A program made the position numbers and the translations under genes. The notes beneath the pieces are model-generated. The model had not been told where the DNA came from, searched no databases, and saw nothing but the letters and a program-made list of their open reading frames with translations. Below are positions 11,896 to 26,510 of a stretch of DNA of 64,000 bases, piece after piece. Source of the DNA: Octopus vulgaris. Its lineage: Eukaryota. Numbering within the stretch: the stretch's first letter is position 1; every line of letters begins with the position of its first letter. The DNA lies in the NCBI GenBank assembly GCA_951406725.2, contig OX597839.1, positions 22,444,001 through 22,508,000 on the forward strand, written 5' to 3'.

Positions 11896-12694
11896 TGGTC
11901 GTAGTCTGACAACCGAAACCAGTGATAAGAGAATAATAGTCAATAGAGATGGAAGCCAACAAAAAGAAGAAGAAGATTGTAAGAAGAAAAAGTAAAGCAG
12001 GTAATTACAGGTAAGGAAAGTGTCAACGTTTGAGGAAGAGGACAACGTTGGTCATCGATACGACGAGACTGGAGGTTCATGATGGTATCAAAGAAATCTT
12101 GTGGCTGGAAAAGAGAGAAAAAAAAAGGGGAAAAAAGAAAGATTATTTGAAATTATTGTTGACATGAGAAGAAATAATAAATTTTGAGAGAATGAGAAGT
12201 AATTGGTTTTTGTAAGAATTGGATCTTGAAGCGAATAAAGCAATGAAAATATTGGGTTAAAAATCTCTTTTCGATTGGAAAAGTTAATTTGAATGTGCTG
12301 TGTATATATGTAGGTAGATGCGGTGCGTGTGCATGTATATATATATATATATATATCGGTCATGTCTTTCTGTCTATTTGATTATTCCTATAAGTAACTT
12401 CTGAAAAAAATCTACGTATATATATATATATACATGCAAACACACTTACATATATACATATGTATGGATGTATACACGCATGTATACATCCATGTGCACA
12501 TGTGTATATATATATATATGCTTTCGGTGTGAATGGTTTTGTTATATAGCATGGTGTTTTACAATCCTGTAAATAATAATAGTAATAGTATTTTATAAGC
12601 TTAAAGCTTATAGTAATCACCGTGCAATGACTAAAGAAAATAGTCTAATATTGGGGGCATATAAGCCCTTGACGGAAAAAAGAAGGCTTACACA

Positions 12695-12977
<283 letters not shown>

Positions 12978-13461
12978 TGTGGTATTGAAGTATGTTTACC
13001 CCTGACTCTTTTATTGAATAACTAAACACAACCGACACAAGATGAGAGACTTAACTCAACATTCAATGTTCTTTCACACTTTTAACATCAACCAATTGAG
13101 ATGGTGCTCGGGGCCACGATATAAAACTATTTTATACACACCAGGCACATACAATTATACATCTTGTAATCTCCCTATTCTAAATTAAACCTTTGATCCG
13201 AATTTTAAGTAAGACCCTCTTTGTTGGGTTCAAAACGGCAGCTTTATTTAAATGAAGTTAATTATTTTACTAAATCCCTCAAACTATTTTGGGGATTATT
13301 TTGATGACAATTACTTGAAACACCTAATCAGTGCATTTAATGAGATGTTTGTTCAATAAAAACTAGATAACAAAAACCACATTAATTGTTCGGAAGTGAC
13401 TGCCACCAGCTTTATTTTAATACAATAAACCAACCAAAATGCATTTTTTATTGTTGTTTTC

Positions 13462-13499
<38 letters not shown>

Positions 13500-13502
13500 C
13501 TT

Positions 13503-13676
13503 AGGTGCAGGAGTGGCTGTGTGGTAAGTAGCTTGTTTACCAACCACTTGGTTCTGGGTTCAGTCCCACTGTGTGGCACCTTGGGCAAGTGTCTTCTACT
13601 ATAGCTTCGGGCCTACCAAAGCCTTCTGAGTGGACTTGGTAGACAGAAACTGAAGGAAGCCCATCGTATATGTGTA

Positions 13677-13714
<38 letters not shown>

Positions 13715-14083
13715 TGTGTGTATATCTTAGGTGCAGGAGTGGCTGTGTGGTAAGTAGCTTGTTTACCAACCACTTGGTTCTGGGTTCAGTCCCACTGTGT
13801 GGCACCTTGGGCAAGTGTCTTCTACTATAGCTTCGGACCTACCAAAGCCTTCTGAGTGGACTTTGTAGACGGAAACTGAAAGAAGCCCATCATATATATG
13901 TGTGTGTGTGTGTGTATCTTAAGTGCAGGAGTGGCTGTGTGGTAAGTAGCTTGTTTACCAACCACTTGGTTCTGGGTTCAGTCCCACTGTGTGGCACCTT
14001 GGGCAAGTGTCTTCTACTATAGCTTCGGGCCTACCAAAGCCTTCTGAGTGGACTTGGTAGACGGAAACTGAAAGAAGCCCATC

Positions 14084-14128
<45 letters not shown>

Positions 14129-14335
14129 TGTGTGTATGTTTGTGTGACTGTGTTTGTCCTCCCCAGCATTGCTTGACAACTGATGTTGGTGTGTTTATGT
14201 CCCTGTAACTTAGTGATTCGGCAAAAGAGACTAATAGAATAAGAACTAGGCTTACAAAGAATAAGTCCTGGGGTTGATTTGCTTGACTAAAGGCAGTGCT
14301 CCAGCATGGCCAAAGTGCAGTGACTGACACCAATT
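13503..14335 (+). mobile_element. Family A SINE with triplicated 5' half
   Basis: Heads tatcttaggtgcaggagtggctgtgtgg near 13500, 13725 and 13915, separated by (TG)n, then a single 3' half. Confidence 0.9.
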
Positions 14336-15514
14336 AAAAAAATGAGACTTGTGTATACACACAGACACACACATGGCATGCCAATGCGACTTGTAGTGTC
14401 AACCTGATCAATGGGGGTAGACAGAACCAGGGCAGACACTACCCACCAAAAGGATAAACTATTATTATTATTATCATCATTATGGTAACTTTAAATTATT
14501 TGCAGCAAACAGCAACAAAACCCCTGTTAATGAGGACATCGTGTAAGAGGTTAATTAGGACGTCCTCCCCACACACTCGCACCCATGCTGAATGTCCTGT
14601 ATGACATTCCACCCCTGCCCATCACTTCAAACATATAGCTCTCACTTTTACCCTACTTCACCGATATACCAAAAATAGACACATTTGCGTAATGTGTGCC
14701 ACACATAGATCTCATTGCTTCTTCATACGGCTCAAATGGAGGACACATGAGCCCCCCCCCAGCACCTGCATCTCAAAGGAAAACACACACACACACACAC
14801 ACACAGAGGGGTGCATCTCACCAAATTAGAAGAAAATCAAAATATTTATGCTTTTAGGCATGTACTATCACCATCACTACAACTACAAACAATAACAACC
14901 ACTGCACTGCTTCCACTGAGGCAATTAACACCAGAGTCCTCGTTAAAACATCTCCCGATGTCATTTGTGATTATTAAACTCGTTAAGTTCGAGTTCTGCA
15001 TAGTTAAATGATTTCCTTTCTAAAACTATGGAAGCACGAAAGGACGAAATCTGTGAAGCTGTGGCAACCAGATTTGGCAGAAGGAAGTAAATAAAAGCTG
15101 GATTTTTTATTAACGAGCTGTAATAATGACCATTATGGCATGTGAGATAATGAGCAAGTCATGATGTCAGACAGTTGATCCGTAAGAAATGGTAGCTAAA
15201 TTTTCCTTAGAGAACAGACTATCATTTAAAAAATGAAGGACATTAGATAATGTAGCCCAAAGTGGAATGTAACTAGAAAAATAGATGGAATAGCCATGGC
15301 TGGAATACCTTGGATCATTTGATTGAATTTTGAGAACGAAACAACACAAATATTAAAAGATCACAAATGAAATACATCGTTGGCAGGGTTGGGTTCAACT
15401 TTAGGGACCATAAGAGCAACGTGACAGGAGCTAAGAGGAAAATTAGGGAGCAATCATCATCATTTAACGTCTGTTGTCCATGCTGGCAGAGAATATAATT
15501 CATGGCCCAGCATA

Positions 15515-15715
15515 AATATTTTTATGGCATTTTAAGATATTTTCATGGTATTTTAAAGATTTTCATAGTAATTTAAGGGTATTTTCATAGTATTTTAAAT
15601 GGCATTTTTCACAGCATTTTAATATTTTCCTAGCATTTTAGAGATTTTCACGGTATTTTAAGAATATGTTAATGGCATTTTAAAGATATTTTAATGGTAT
15701 TTTATGATATTCTAT
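15515..15715 (+). repeat. Degenerate ~21-23-bp AT-rich tandem repeat (ttttcatggcattttaagata)
   Basis: About 9 diverged copies. Confidence 0.75.
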
Positions 15716-16231
15716 TGCAAAGCTACTTCAGTCTTTAATAAAACCAACATTATGTGATACAAGGGCTTTAGTTTATTTAAACCCACAACCCTATAAATCT
15801 GTTTAGCCCTAGGCCATTCCTGATATGGCAAATTTATGGTTAAAGACAATCCATCCTTGACTAATCCTATCACTTTTCTACCCTGTGATACCCTATCTAG
15901 GATTGTTCTCCTTCAAGATGAATTGGTGAGAGTTGAGTGAGGATTGGCTGCTATTTTCTTGCAGGTCAAGCAATCGTGTAGAGGCTCCCAGTTGGTTCAC
16001 ATCAAAGGATAGCTAAATAGAAATGGTAACCAAGGAGTCCAACAAGCAAGCATTTCAACTTGCTAGAAATAGCAGCTAAACCTCTTTCAAATCATGTCAT
16101 ATCATCTTAAAGAAAGAAGGACACACTTGATAGTATAGTTCTCTCTCTCTCTCCCTCCTGTCTGTCTGTCTCTCTACACAAACACTCACTCAATTGCTGC
16201 ATTTCAAATAATTTGTTAAAAATCCATCATA

Positions 16232-16402
16232 GGCGCAGGAGTGGCTGTGTGGTAAGTATCTTGTTTACCAACCACATGGTTCCGGGTTCAGTCCCACTGC
16301 GTGGCATCTTGGGTAAGTGTCTTCTGCTATTGCCTCGGGTCGACCAAAGCCTTGTGAGTGGATTTGGTAGACGGAAACTGAAAGAAGCCTGTCGTATATA
16401 TG

Positions 16403-16433
<31 letters not shown>

Positions 16434-16653
16434 GTTTGTGTGTCTGTGTTTGTCCCCCTAGCACTGCTTGACAACCGATGCTGGTGTGTGTTTACGTCCC
16501 CGTCACTTAGCGGTTCGGCAAAAGAGACCGATAGAATAAGTACTGGGCTTACAAAAGAATAAGTCCCGGGGTCGAGTTGCTCGATTAAAGGCGGTGCTCC
16601 AGCATGGCCACAGTCAAATGACTGAAACAAGTAAAAGAGTAAAGAGTAAAGAG
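16232..16653 (+). mobile_element. Family A SINE, full length
   Basis: ggcgcaggagtggctgtgtgg ... agtaaaagagtaaagagtaaagag. Confidence 0.92.
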
Positions 16654-16689
16654 TATTTCAATTTGTATTTTGTGTCTCCCTCACCATTC

Positions 16690-18150
16690 CTTAATCAGTT
16701 GTGCCTCAGGCCCCAAATAGACTCCAATTCTGAAACGGTTTCCTTCACACCAACACTCGTTGAAGCACACACTGTTTGTAAGGATAAGACATCTACTTCC
16801 TTCTTTATAAAAAAACGAGGTCAGGCATGAACGTGTCATTGCAATGCTTGCTTTACAGCTTTGAGGTCTCAAGTTAGATCCTGTTGTGTTTCACTTCAGA
16901 AACGTTCAACCACCACAGCTTGCCATTGATCAAAACCTTTTGAGTTAAACTTGTTAGAAGTTTAAATATGTTTGAATCACAATTTGAACTTGTAAGGAAG
17001 CAATTCAATGCATTTCGCCATGGAGACAAAAGCTTGCTGTAAACGAACAGGTGTGAATAGAGCAAGTCAGTCCACAGCATTCCTTAACCCATTCGTTACT
17101 GTATTTATTTTGAGATGTTCTGTGTTTGTTTCAATTACTTTAAATATAACAAAGAATTTAGTAAAATGACTTAGTTACCATTCAGCTTGTGTTAGGGACA
17201 TAAATTGTGACTAAGGTTTGGTGGAAGATTTTTAATTTAAAACTTATGGAAACAAGACATTTGTACAACAGAGCCAGAGCCGGTTTCAGCCGGGTTGGTA
17301 ACAAAAGGGTTAACCAGACTGTTGTTGGATGCTTGCATTTTGGAGTGGTTATCTCCTCATCAGCAGCAGACACTGTGAACTGTCATAAGAAACAGGTCCC
17401 TCTTACGATATTCCCATAAGTGACTGGTTGTGCTATTCAGCAGCTCACTGTAGATGAAATGTGGACTGGAAGCACAAAGCAGTGATGTGTGCAGACACAA
17501 ACTTGTAAACAGTTCAAATATGGCTGAGGCACATTCAAATCTGCAAGAAAGCCATTTGCTGCATTTTGCCCTGGACAAATAGGTGTAAATAAACCAGACC
17601 AGTCCAGACGGCTTTCTTAAAGGTTTGAATATGTCTCAAGCATATACAGACTGGTAACAAGTTCATATTTGTACTCATCACTGCTTAGAACTTCTGATTT
17701 GTATTTATGAAATGAATTTGGTAGACAGAATGTGAGGATGCAGGCTGGAAAGCGGAGCATTTTCCAATTGATGTCGGATGTAGAAGATTTGTAGGACAGT
17801 GTGAGGCAAATGTTGTTATTGTTAGGCCAAACTCATCATAAAACAAATCCCACCTTGAGTGATGTCCAACTTACAGTGGAAAAGGCAAACCACTGGATTT
17901 GGTTAAAAAGAGACGATGAGTGATGGCTAGAAGAACATTGAGCTTTATCTGATAACCAGTTGATATAGCAGGTGGGAACTCATTTCAGTGAGGAGGACTG
18001 GTGTGCAATGGATGCTGTCGCAGGCCCCGAAACGGTGCACATTCTTTCCTGATGACCCCCCCATACACTTGTTGGCTTCCAGTATACAGAGCTTTCGATG
18101 GGTAGCACTTGCATCTGCAAGTTGTTAGCAAAACATTGAGTGTATATGGA
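16690..18150 (-). pseudogene. Highly decayed non-LTR retrotransposon relic, possibly R2/NeSL-type, interrupted by a MITE
   Basis: Minus-strand fragments KHNRI followed by MPDLVFYKEGSRCLILT resemble the RH motif and PD..D restriction-like endonuclease. Many stops and frameshifts; boundaries approximate. Confidence 0.35.
17084..17313 (+). mobile_element. piggyBac-like MITE family 2
   Basis: TTAA-CCCattcgttac ... gtaacaaaaGGG-TTAA. Related copies at 37816-38366, 38488-38704, 53085-53584. Confidence 0.8.
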
Positions 18151-18518
18151 CGAGTAACAAGTTCGTTGCTACTTAGAACTTGTATCTATGAATTGGATTT
18201 GGTAGAGAGAAACATGCTTGGAGGGTAGACATGCCTACCACTTTCTCAATTCATCTGTGTTTGCTAAAACAGTTGCTGTTGTTGCTTAGCCATGGGTCAG
18301 ACGTGACTGGACAGGCAAAACTGTAATGAAACAGGATCCAGCCATGACTGTCCAGTCTTTATTTAAGATCTTAGGTATCAAGGATGTCTTGCATGCATAC
18401 AGGTCCTCTCCTTTTTTAAGATGATAAGATATAATTTGAGGGAGTTTTTTTTGGCAGCTATTTCGGGGATGTTGAGTGACTATATACAAGCCCTGCTTCA
18501 GTTTGTCACAACAAAAGT

Positions 18519-18563
<45 letters not shown>

Positions 18564-18774
18564 TTGTTGGAGAGATCTTTAACTGTGATGTTTATTGTTC
18601 AGAGTTGAAGTATTTTTTCTGGGTTGTGAAGTGCTTTTAATGAAGTTTCTGTCATTGAAAGAATGAAGACTGGTAACAACAAGCTAAAGGAGACTCTTCC
18701 ATCTTATCATCCACAAAGGAAGTGAGACAACAGAGTTTATGAGAAGAGATTAACATCAAGTGGGTCATTAAATG

Positions 18775-18806
<32 letters not shown>

Positions 18807-18943
18807 TAGTCAAGATTAAAGAGTGATAACACAATGTTTTGCTGTATCATTCATTCACTTATACTCAAGAGCCACGACATCCAGTTATGTCCCATGTCTT
18901 CATCAATATGGTGGATCTCTGTTGCTTGGCAACAAAGATTCAG

Positions 18944-20100
18944 GTGCAGGAATGGCTGTGTGTGTGTTTGTCCCCCTAGCATCGCTTGACAACCGATGCT
19001 GGTGAGTTTACGTCCCCGTCACTTAGCGGTTCGGCAAAAGAGACCGATAGAATAAGTACTGGGCTTACAAAGAATAAGTCCCGGGGTCGATTTGCTCGAC
19101 TAAAGGCGGTGCTCCAGCATGGCCGCAGTCAAATGACTGAAACAGGTAAAAGAGTAAAAGAGTAATTCAGTCGTTTACTTAATTGAATTACCTACATTTT
19201 AATGAGTGTATGTAGGTATCAGTGTGGCTGTGTGGTAAGAAGTTTGCTTCCCAACCACATGGTTCTGGGTTCAGTCCCACTGCATGGCATCTTGGGCAAG
19301 TGTCTTCTACCATAGCTTCGTGCTGACCAAAGTCTTGCGAGTGGATTTGGTAGATGGAAACTGAAAGAAGCCTGTCGTATGTATATGTGTAACAGTTCAG
19401 CAAAAGAGACTGATAGCATAAGTACCAGGCTTAAAAAAAAGTCCAACTAAAAATTTTTTATGCTGGTGCCCCAGCATGGCCACAGTCTAGTGACTGAAAC
19501 AAGTACAAGATAAAAGAAACCTAGCTGAGAATTCCAAAAGGACACAAGAACCCTTGAATGGAGTGACATCATTTTATGGGACCCTAACGGACAAAGGAAA
19601 ACCTAACATTGGTAGGATTTTCACTTGGACTGTAAAGGGTGGCATTAAATACCACAAGGCATTCTTTTTGTTTTTTATTATGAAAGTAGGTGCAGGAGTG
19701 GCTGTGTGGTAAGTAGCTTGCTAACCAACCACATGGTTCCGGGTTCAGTCCCACTGCGTGGCATCTTGGGCAAGTGTCTTCTGCTATAGCCCTGGGCCGA
19801 CCAATGCCTTGTGAGTGGATTTGGCAGACGGAAACTGAAAGAAGCCTGTCGTATATATGTATATATATATGTATGTGTGTGTGTGTGCCTGTGTTTGTCC
19901 CCCTAGCATTGCTTGACAACCGATGCTGGTGTGTTTACGTCCCCGTCACTTAGCGGTTTGGCAAAAGAGACCGATAGAATAAGTACTGGGCTTACAAAGA
20001 ATAAGTCCCGGGGTTGATTTGCTCGACTAAAAGGCGGTGCTCCAGCATGGCCGCAGTCAAATGACTGAAACAAGTAAAAGAGTAAAAGAGTAAAGAGTAA
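18944..20100 (+). mobile_element. Cluster of three family A SINEs (18944-19163 internally deleted, 19222-19518 deleted, 19689-20100 full)
   Basis: Shared head and tail sequence with 16232-16653. Confidence 0.88.
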
Positions 20101-20538
20101 ATGTTCTAGAAATTTTTTTCCAGTGTCCATCTTGGAATAAGACACCATTTGGTGACAGGATTCCAAACTGATCAAAGAGGAGTGTAGATATAAATACCGG
20201 AGAAATTCCACAACTGTTAAAACACTGGAAACCAATATTTCTTTTATCAACAACAAAATTTTATCACAGATCCGTTTTAATAACGTTATGACCTATTGGA
20301 AGAATTTAATGGGTGAGGCACAGTGAGTGAAATATAAGCACACAAACACACAGCCAAATTATCTATAAATAAATTTCTAGATTCATAGAATCATATGGCA
20401 ATCTCAGAAAGCTCTTCTAGTGAACCTGGCTATCAGATCACATAGCAGTAATCCAACACAGAAGTGTACAATGCAGAATTCTATGCAGCTGAAATCCAGG
20501 ATATACAATTAATGAAACTATTTCATCTATGGCTTAGA

Positions 20539-20573
<35 letters not shown>

Positions 20574-21022
20574 AATTAAATGCCCGTATGGTCACGTATA
20601 TATATATACAACCAGAAACTGCAGTGTCTTTTTTCTTACACCCACACAAACACATGCAGTCAAACACTTCTCTTTGCCCACCCCAATGTCTCATAAACTA
20701 GGTTGACACTCCTTTTTGTTAATAACACATTGAGTTGACTTTATACACACACATACATACACATTATATATCATAGTTTAACGTGGCTTTCTATGCTGTT
20801 GGGCCAGAGGACAATGCCAGGCTATACATACATACATTCATACACATGCACACAACTGTGGCCAAAAGTCGAACATTTTTTTCAAAATCAAAATTGTTAT
20901 GCCCAAATACAATAAAAGGTAAAACACACACACACGCATATAAATATATATATGTAGGTCCCGGGTTGAGTCGGGGTTAACCACAGTAAATAAGGTACTC
21001 AATACATAGCAGAGTAAAGTAA

Positions 21023-21152
21023 TTTATTTTATAGAAGGAGCTTCTACAGGACTAGAACTGTTTCATTCAGATGAAATCATCAGGAAGCTTCCCGAAGATT
21101 TCATCTGAATGAAACAGTTCTAGTCCTGTAAAAGCTCCTTCTATAAAATAAA
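21023..21152. repeat. 130-bp near-perfect palindrome
   Basis: Symmetry axis ggaag|cttcc at 21087/21088 with few mismatches. Confidence 0.92.
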
Positions 21153-21631
21153 ATATAAATATATATATATATATATATGTATATAAACTACTAAACATAA
21201 ACAGCAAAGTTAGCTCTTAATTGAACCCCCTTGCAGATGTAAGGAAGGGAGATTCCCCCCATCACCCACCTTCCAGTCTTGAAAATTCTAAATATTTACT
21301 GGTGATATATTAACACACACACACATAGGGGTCACTTTGATGTAGTAAACAAAGAAGGAATCGAAAACGTTACAGATCCGAGATGATCAATTAAAACTGC
21401 AGCAAGGGTCTACGTATGAAGGGAGGGGCAGAGAGAGAGGGAGGTCTTGTTAATGTCCACTTCCAGTCCCTGAGAGAAATTCATTTCGAAAAACAGGAAG
21501 AGGAGCACCTGCTTGTTGCAGGGTTACTTTTGTATTACGTGTATGGCTTTTGTATTACGTGTATGACAGTCAGAAGACAGAGCTATACGGATATCTCTAT
21601 ACAAACGCACACACACACACATATATATATA

Positions 21632-21862
21632 TATTTCTTTACTACCCACAAGGGGCTAAACACAGAGGAGACAAACAAGGACAGACAAAGGGATTAAGTC
21701 GATTACATCGACCCCAGTGCGTAACTGGTACTTAATTTATCGACCCCGGAAGGATGAAAGGCAAAGTCGACCTCGGCGGAATTTGAACTCGGAACGTAAC
21801 GGCAGAAGAAATACTGCTAATCATTTCGCCCAGCGTGCTAACGTTTCTGCCAGCTCGCCGCC
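21632..21862 (-). mobile_element. tRNA-derived SINE, family C (Nin/Deu-like central domain)
   Basis: Minus strand ggcggcgagctggcagaaacgttagcacg...gagttcaaattccgccgaggtcgactttgcctttcatcc. Further copies near 24520-24910, 29130-29363, 33445-33689, 33950-34376, 34965-35180(+), 36300-36720(+). Confidence 0.9.
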
Positions 21863-22461
21863 TTCTATATTTATATATATACATATATATATATATATAC
21901 ATATATATAGACATATGCACACGCATTGTTTAGATAGACAAATAGGAAATAGAACAACAAAGACTCACTGGTATGCACACACACACAGACATTCTGTGCA
22001 TCCCAGGCTGACGACCAGCATTTTAAGATAGCCAAACCTACGCAGCCAAATAAACACCACACCTGTCTTACTTGGCTTAAATTCTAAAGAAAATGAGGAA
22101 CAGTAATAGAAGGAGTGCTTTGACTAAACGGGTGAATATAATACAAGGAAATATAAAAGGAGTTGAAAGTGAAATTTGTATGAATAATAGTATGTGCATA
22201 TAAATATGGAAGGGTCCCACGAATACGGCAGAGAGTGGTAAAGCCTCGTTCAGCTGAGATGATTGAAGGAACTGGTAGACAAAAGGGGCTGTTTATTGTT
22301 GTTTAAAAGCTTTCAAGGAGCAGAGGCCATTTATGTAGTATCAGTGAAAAAGGCAGAGAGGGGAGATGGTGTGCCTGTGGGCCAGAGGCAGGAGTATGTT
22401 TGTGAGTGTTAGCTGAGGTTGGGGGTAGCCTTTCTTTAGATGTGTCCTACGACACGGGATC

Positions 22462-22847
22462 GTGGAGGCGCAATGGCCCAGTGGTTAGGGCAGCGGACTC
22501 GCGGTCATAGGATCGCGGTTTCGATTCCCAGACCGGGCGTTGTGAGTGTTTATTGAGCGAAAACACCTAAAGCTCCACGAGGCTCCGGCATGGGGTGGTG
22601 GTGATCCCTGCTGTACTCTTTCACCACAACTTTCTCTCACTCTTACTTCCTGTTTCTGTTGTACCTGTATTTCAAAGGGGCCGGCCTTGTCACTCTCTGT
22701 GTCACGCTGAATATCCCCGAGAACTACGTTAAGGGTACACGTGTCTGTGGAGTGCTCAGTCACTTACACGTTAATTTCACGAGCAGGCTGTTCCGTTGAT
22801 TCGGATCAACCGGAACCCTCATCGTCGTAACCGACGGAGTGCTTCCA
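22462..22847 (+). mobile_element. Family B SINE, full length with TSD
   Basis: tRNA-like head; flanking direct repeat acgacacggga at 22449-22459 and 22847-22857. Confidence 0.92.
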
Positions 22848-24343
22848 CGACACGGGACCCAAAACATGAAGCCATGGAGCATTTGATACCAGGCCACATA
22901 GAAACAGTAAACTTTGAAAATTTTATCTCTATTTTCATTGGCAATTGCAGTCTGCAGGTATTTTTGCATTATGGCCTGGTATTGCACTTGTGATTACTAG
23001 ACCATGGGTTCAATTCCTGGACCAGGCAGTGCATTGGGTTTTCTGTGGAGTGGTTGGTTTCTAGGAAGGGCATCAAGCCGTAAAATCCCTGCTAAAACAG
23101 ACACAGTAGCCCAGGGTAGTTTTTCTACCTGGCTGGCTCCTACTCAGGCATGAATGGAAGATGGATGTTAAACGATGATGATGATGATGATGATGATGAT
23201 GCAGTTCAGTCATCCGTAAAAGGGTTTGGATGACCCTGTAACAGACCAACCTTCCTATTAGGGGAAATGTTGGCCTGCTCACCAGCCCAGCAGGATGGCA
23301 CCATTTGAAAGCTAAAAAGCGCATTGTGACTAGTGATGTATCACAACATCCAATAGTGTGGTCAATCATGTCATTACGTGATGTGTACCCTATACATAAT
23401 AATTACATATTTTGCACTTAATTGTGTTTTGTAATGTGCATGATCCATGCTCTGTGGAAAAATTGTCTGGCATGAAACTGGTCTGTGGGGCCCAAAAAGG
23501 GTTGGGGTCTGCTGCTCTAAGATATCTGAGTAATAATGCCTCAATACCAACCTCAAAATGGGAGCAGTCCTCCATTGTAAACCTCACCTGAGCATTAGAG
23601 ACAGTCAATTGTTGTGAGAGGAAATATTTTTTATATTTTTCAGGCTCAGGTACAGCTTGTCAATTTTACTCCATCAAAATTGGAAGCATTAGAGAAAATT
23701 AGATTTTGAAACCCAGTTTTAGTTCATCAAAGACTAAGGCTGGAACAATGGTTTTAGCTCCAATCCGACAATTCTTTGCTAGAATTCAGAAATATTACAG
23801 GAGGTTGGTTTGCTGTCAACTGCACTTCCCATCTCCAAACACAATCAGTGGGGCCCTAGTCCAAGATCCAAGGGAGCAGTACTTGTGAAGAAAGGGACCT
23901 ACAAACACTGTTCCACCTTTTTCTGGCTTTCTACAGACTAAAAACCAACTCTAACTTCAACTTTGTGACAAACAAGAATAAATTAATTTGCCTTGAGAAG
24001 GGCCTAATAATGGTTCCAAATTTTGGCACAAGCCCAGGGGAGGTAGTGAGTTGATTACATTGACCCCAGTGTGTAACTGGTACTTATTTTATCAACTGAT
24101 GCTGGTGTGTCCACGTCCCCATAATTAAGCAATTCAGCAAAATAGATCGATAGAATAAGAATAGAATTTACAGAAAACAAAAGATGAAGACAGGTGAAGG
24201 AACAACAAGCAGGTTTAATAATATGATGCTCGGGAAGAATGGAAGAAGGGATGAAAGGTGAAATTGACCTCAGTGAAATTTAAACTAAAAAAGTAAATAC
24301 AGACAAAATGCCGCAAACAATTCTGCCAGTTTGCCACCTTAAC

Positions 24344-24388
<45 letters not shown>

Positions 24389-24919
24389 CCAATGTATACT
24401 ATGAGTTTCTTTGCCCTAGGAGTCGGGAAGACACTCGGCAAGAAATGGAAGCAAATTTGAAAGAAGAAAAAAAAAAAAAAAATAATAACAACAACAACAA
24501 CAACAACAACAATCCTTTCTACTATAGGTAGAAAGCCTGAAATTTGTGTGGGAAGGGATTGGTTGATTAGATCGACCCCAGTGTTTCGTTGGTACTTAAT
24601 TTATTGACTCCTGAAAGGATGAAAGGCAAAGTCAACCTCGGCGGAATATGAATGCAGACCGTAAAGACGAAATACCTGTCTCTTTACTACCCACAAGGGG
24701 CTAAACACAGAGAGGACAAACAAGGACAGACATAGGTATTAAGTCGATTACATCGACCCCAGTGCGTTACTGGTACTTAATTTATCGACCTCGAAAGGAT
24801 GAAAGGCAAAGTCGACCTCGGCGGAATTTGAACTCACAACGTAACGACAGACGAAATACCGCTAAGCATTTTGTCCAGCGTGCTAACGAGTCTGTCAGCT
24901 TGCCACCTTAATAATAATA

Positions 24920-24950
<31 letters not shown>

Positions 24951-25424
24951 GGAGGAGGAGGATAATAATAATAATGATAATTAACAGGTCTAATGTTACC
25001 TGAATCTTTTTCCAATTAAAGAGTTCTGACCGAAATGACAAGCTTTTTCTTTCTCTCAATGAAATATTCTTTCCAACTCGGACGAAGTCTTGGATTTACT
25101 ATTTGCCAACACACACACACACGTATCACCATGACCATCACCAGCTGCCTTCAATCCAATTGTTTCACTCGCAGAAGGGACGGCTTTTTTATAAGAGTTT
25201 TGCACATTTTTTCTTCTTATTTTGTTTGTTATTTTTTACACTGACGTCTATAGTTTCTACTTAATCTTGACACTGAATATAAACGGAATGGCATGTGTGC
25301 ACGTGCATGTGTGAATATGTATATGTGCATGAATGTGTGTGTGTGTGTGTGTGTAAATATATATGCATACATACGTACAAATATATATACTACTTTTGCT
25401 TCAAGAGTAGCTATTTCCATGCAT

Positions 25425-25427
25425 CTA

Positions 25428-25463
<36 letters not shown>

Positions 25464-25917
25464 CATATATACATACACGTATATATATATACATATATAT
25501 ACATATATATATATATATATACATACACGTATATACATACATATATATACATATATACATACACGTATATACATACATATATATACATATATACATACAC
25601 GTATATATATATACATACATATATATATATATACATATATATATATACACACACATATATATACAGACACATATATATATATATAAACATATATACATAT
25701 ATATACATACATATATATATACACATATATATATATACACATATATATACATACACACACACATATATATATATACACATATATATATACACACATGTAT
25801 ATATACACATATAAATATATATACATTATATATATATACACACATATATATATATACACACACATATATATATATATACATACACACATATATATATATA
25901 CACACACACATATATAT

Positions 25918-25966
<49 letters not shown>

Positions 25967-25992
25967 CACACACACACACATATATATATACA
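25425..25992. repeat. (TA)n/(CA)n compound microsatellite
   Basis: Directly visible. Confidence 0.95.
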
Positions 25993-26199
25993 TGGGTAAT
26001 TTTGGGGGACTAATGGGTATATGTCAATTAGTGTGTTGAATAAAGCTCATCCACAGTTTGGGGCTACCTGGTGTCATTCACAGTTGGGATATATTCCCTC
26101 AGGATCTATCAGCAATTCCACAGGGTTAGTTGAGATAATAATTGATGAAGGAAATGGAAAATAGATTTAGCACTGGTCTTTATACATATATAGATATAT

Positions 26200-26510
26200 A
26201 CTCTTTACTCTTTTATTTGTTTTAGTCATTTGACTGCTGCCATGCTGGAGCACTGCCTTTAGTTGAACAAGTCGAACCCCAAAACATATTCTTTGTAAGC
26301 CTAGTACTTATTCTATCGATCTATTTTGCTGAATTGCTTAGTTATGGGGACGTAGACACACCAGCATCAGTTATATATAGCACTGCCTTTAGTTGAACAA
26401 ATCGAACCCCAAAACATATTCTTTGTAAGCCTAGTACTTATTCTATCGATCTATTTTGCTGAATTGCTTAGTTATGGGGACATAGACACACCAGCATCAG
26501 TTATATATAT
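26200..26510 (-). mobile_element. Family A SINE 3' part with ~129-bp tandem duplication
   Basis: agcactgcctttagttgaacaa...ccagcatcagttatatat occurs at about 26249 and 26379. Confidence 0.85.

Noticed and set aside
22462-22540. tRNA gene
   Set aside because: tRNA-like A/B boxes are the head of a TSD-flanked SINE and continue directly into the SINE body.
25000-25205. Possible extra coding exon ending at CAG|gtaaca (minus strand)
   Set aside because: The phase-0 frame has TAG TAA just upstream with no ATG or good acceptor, and the other frames stop. At most a non-coding exon.
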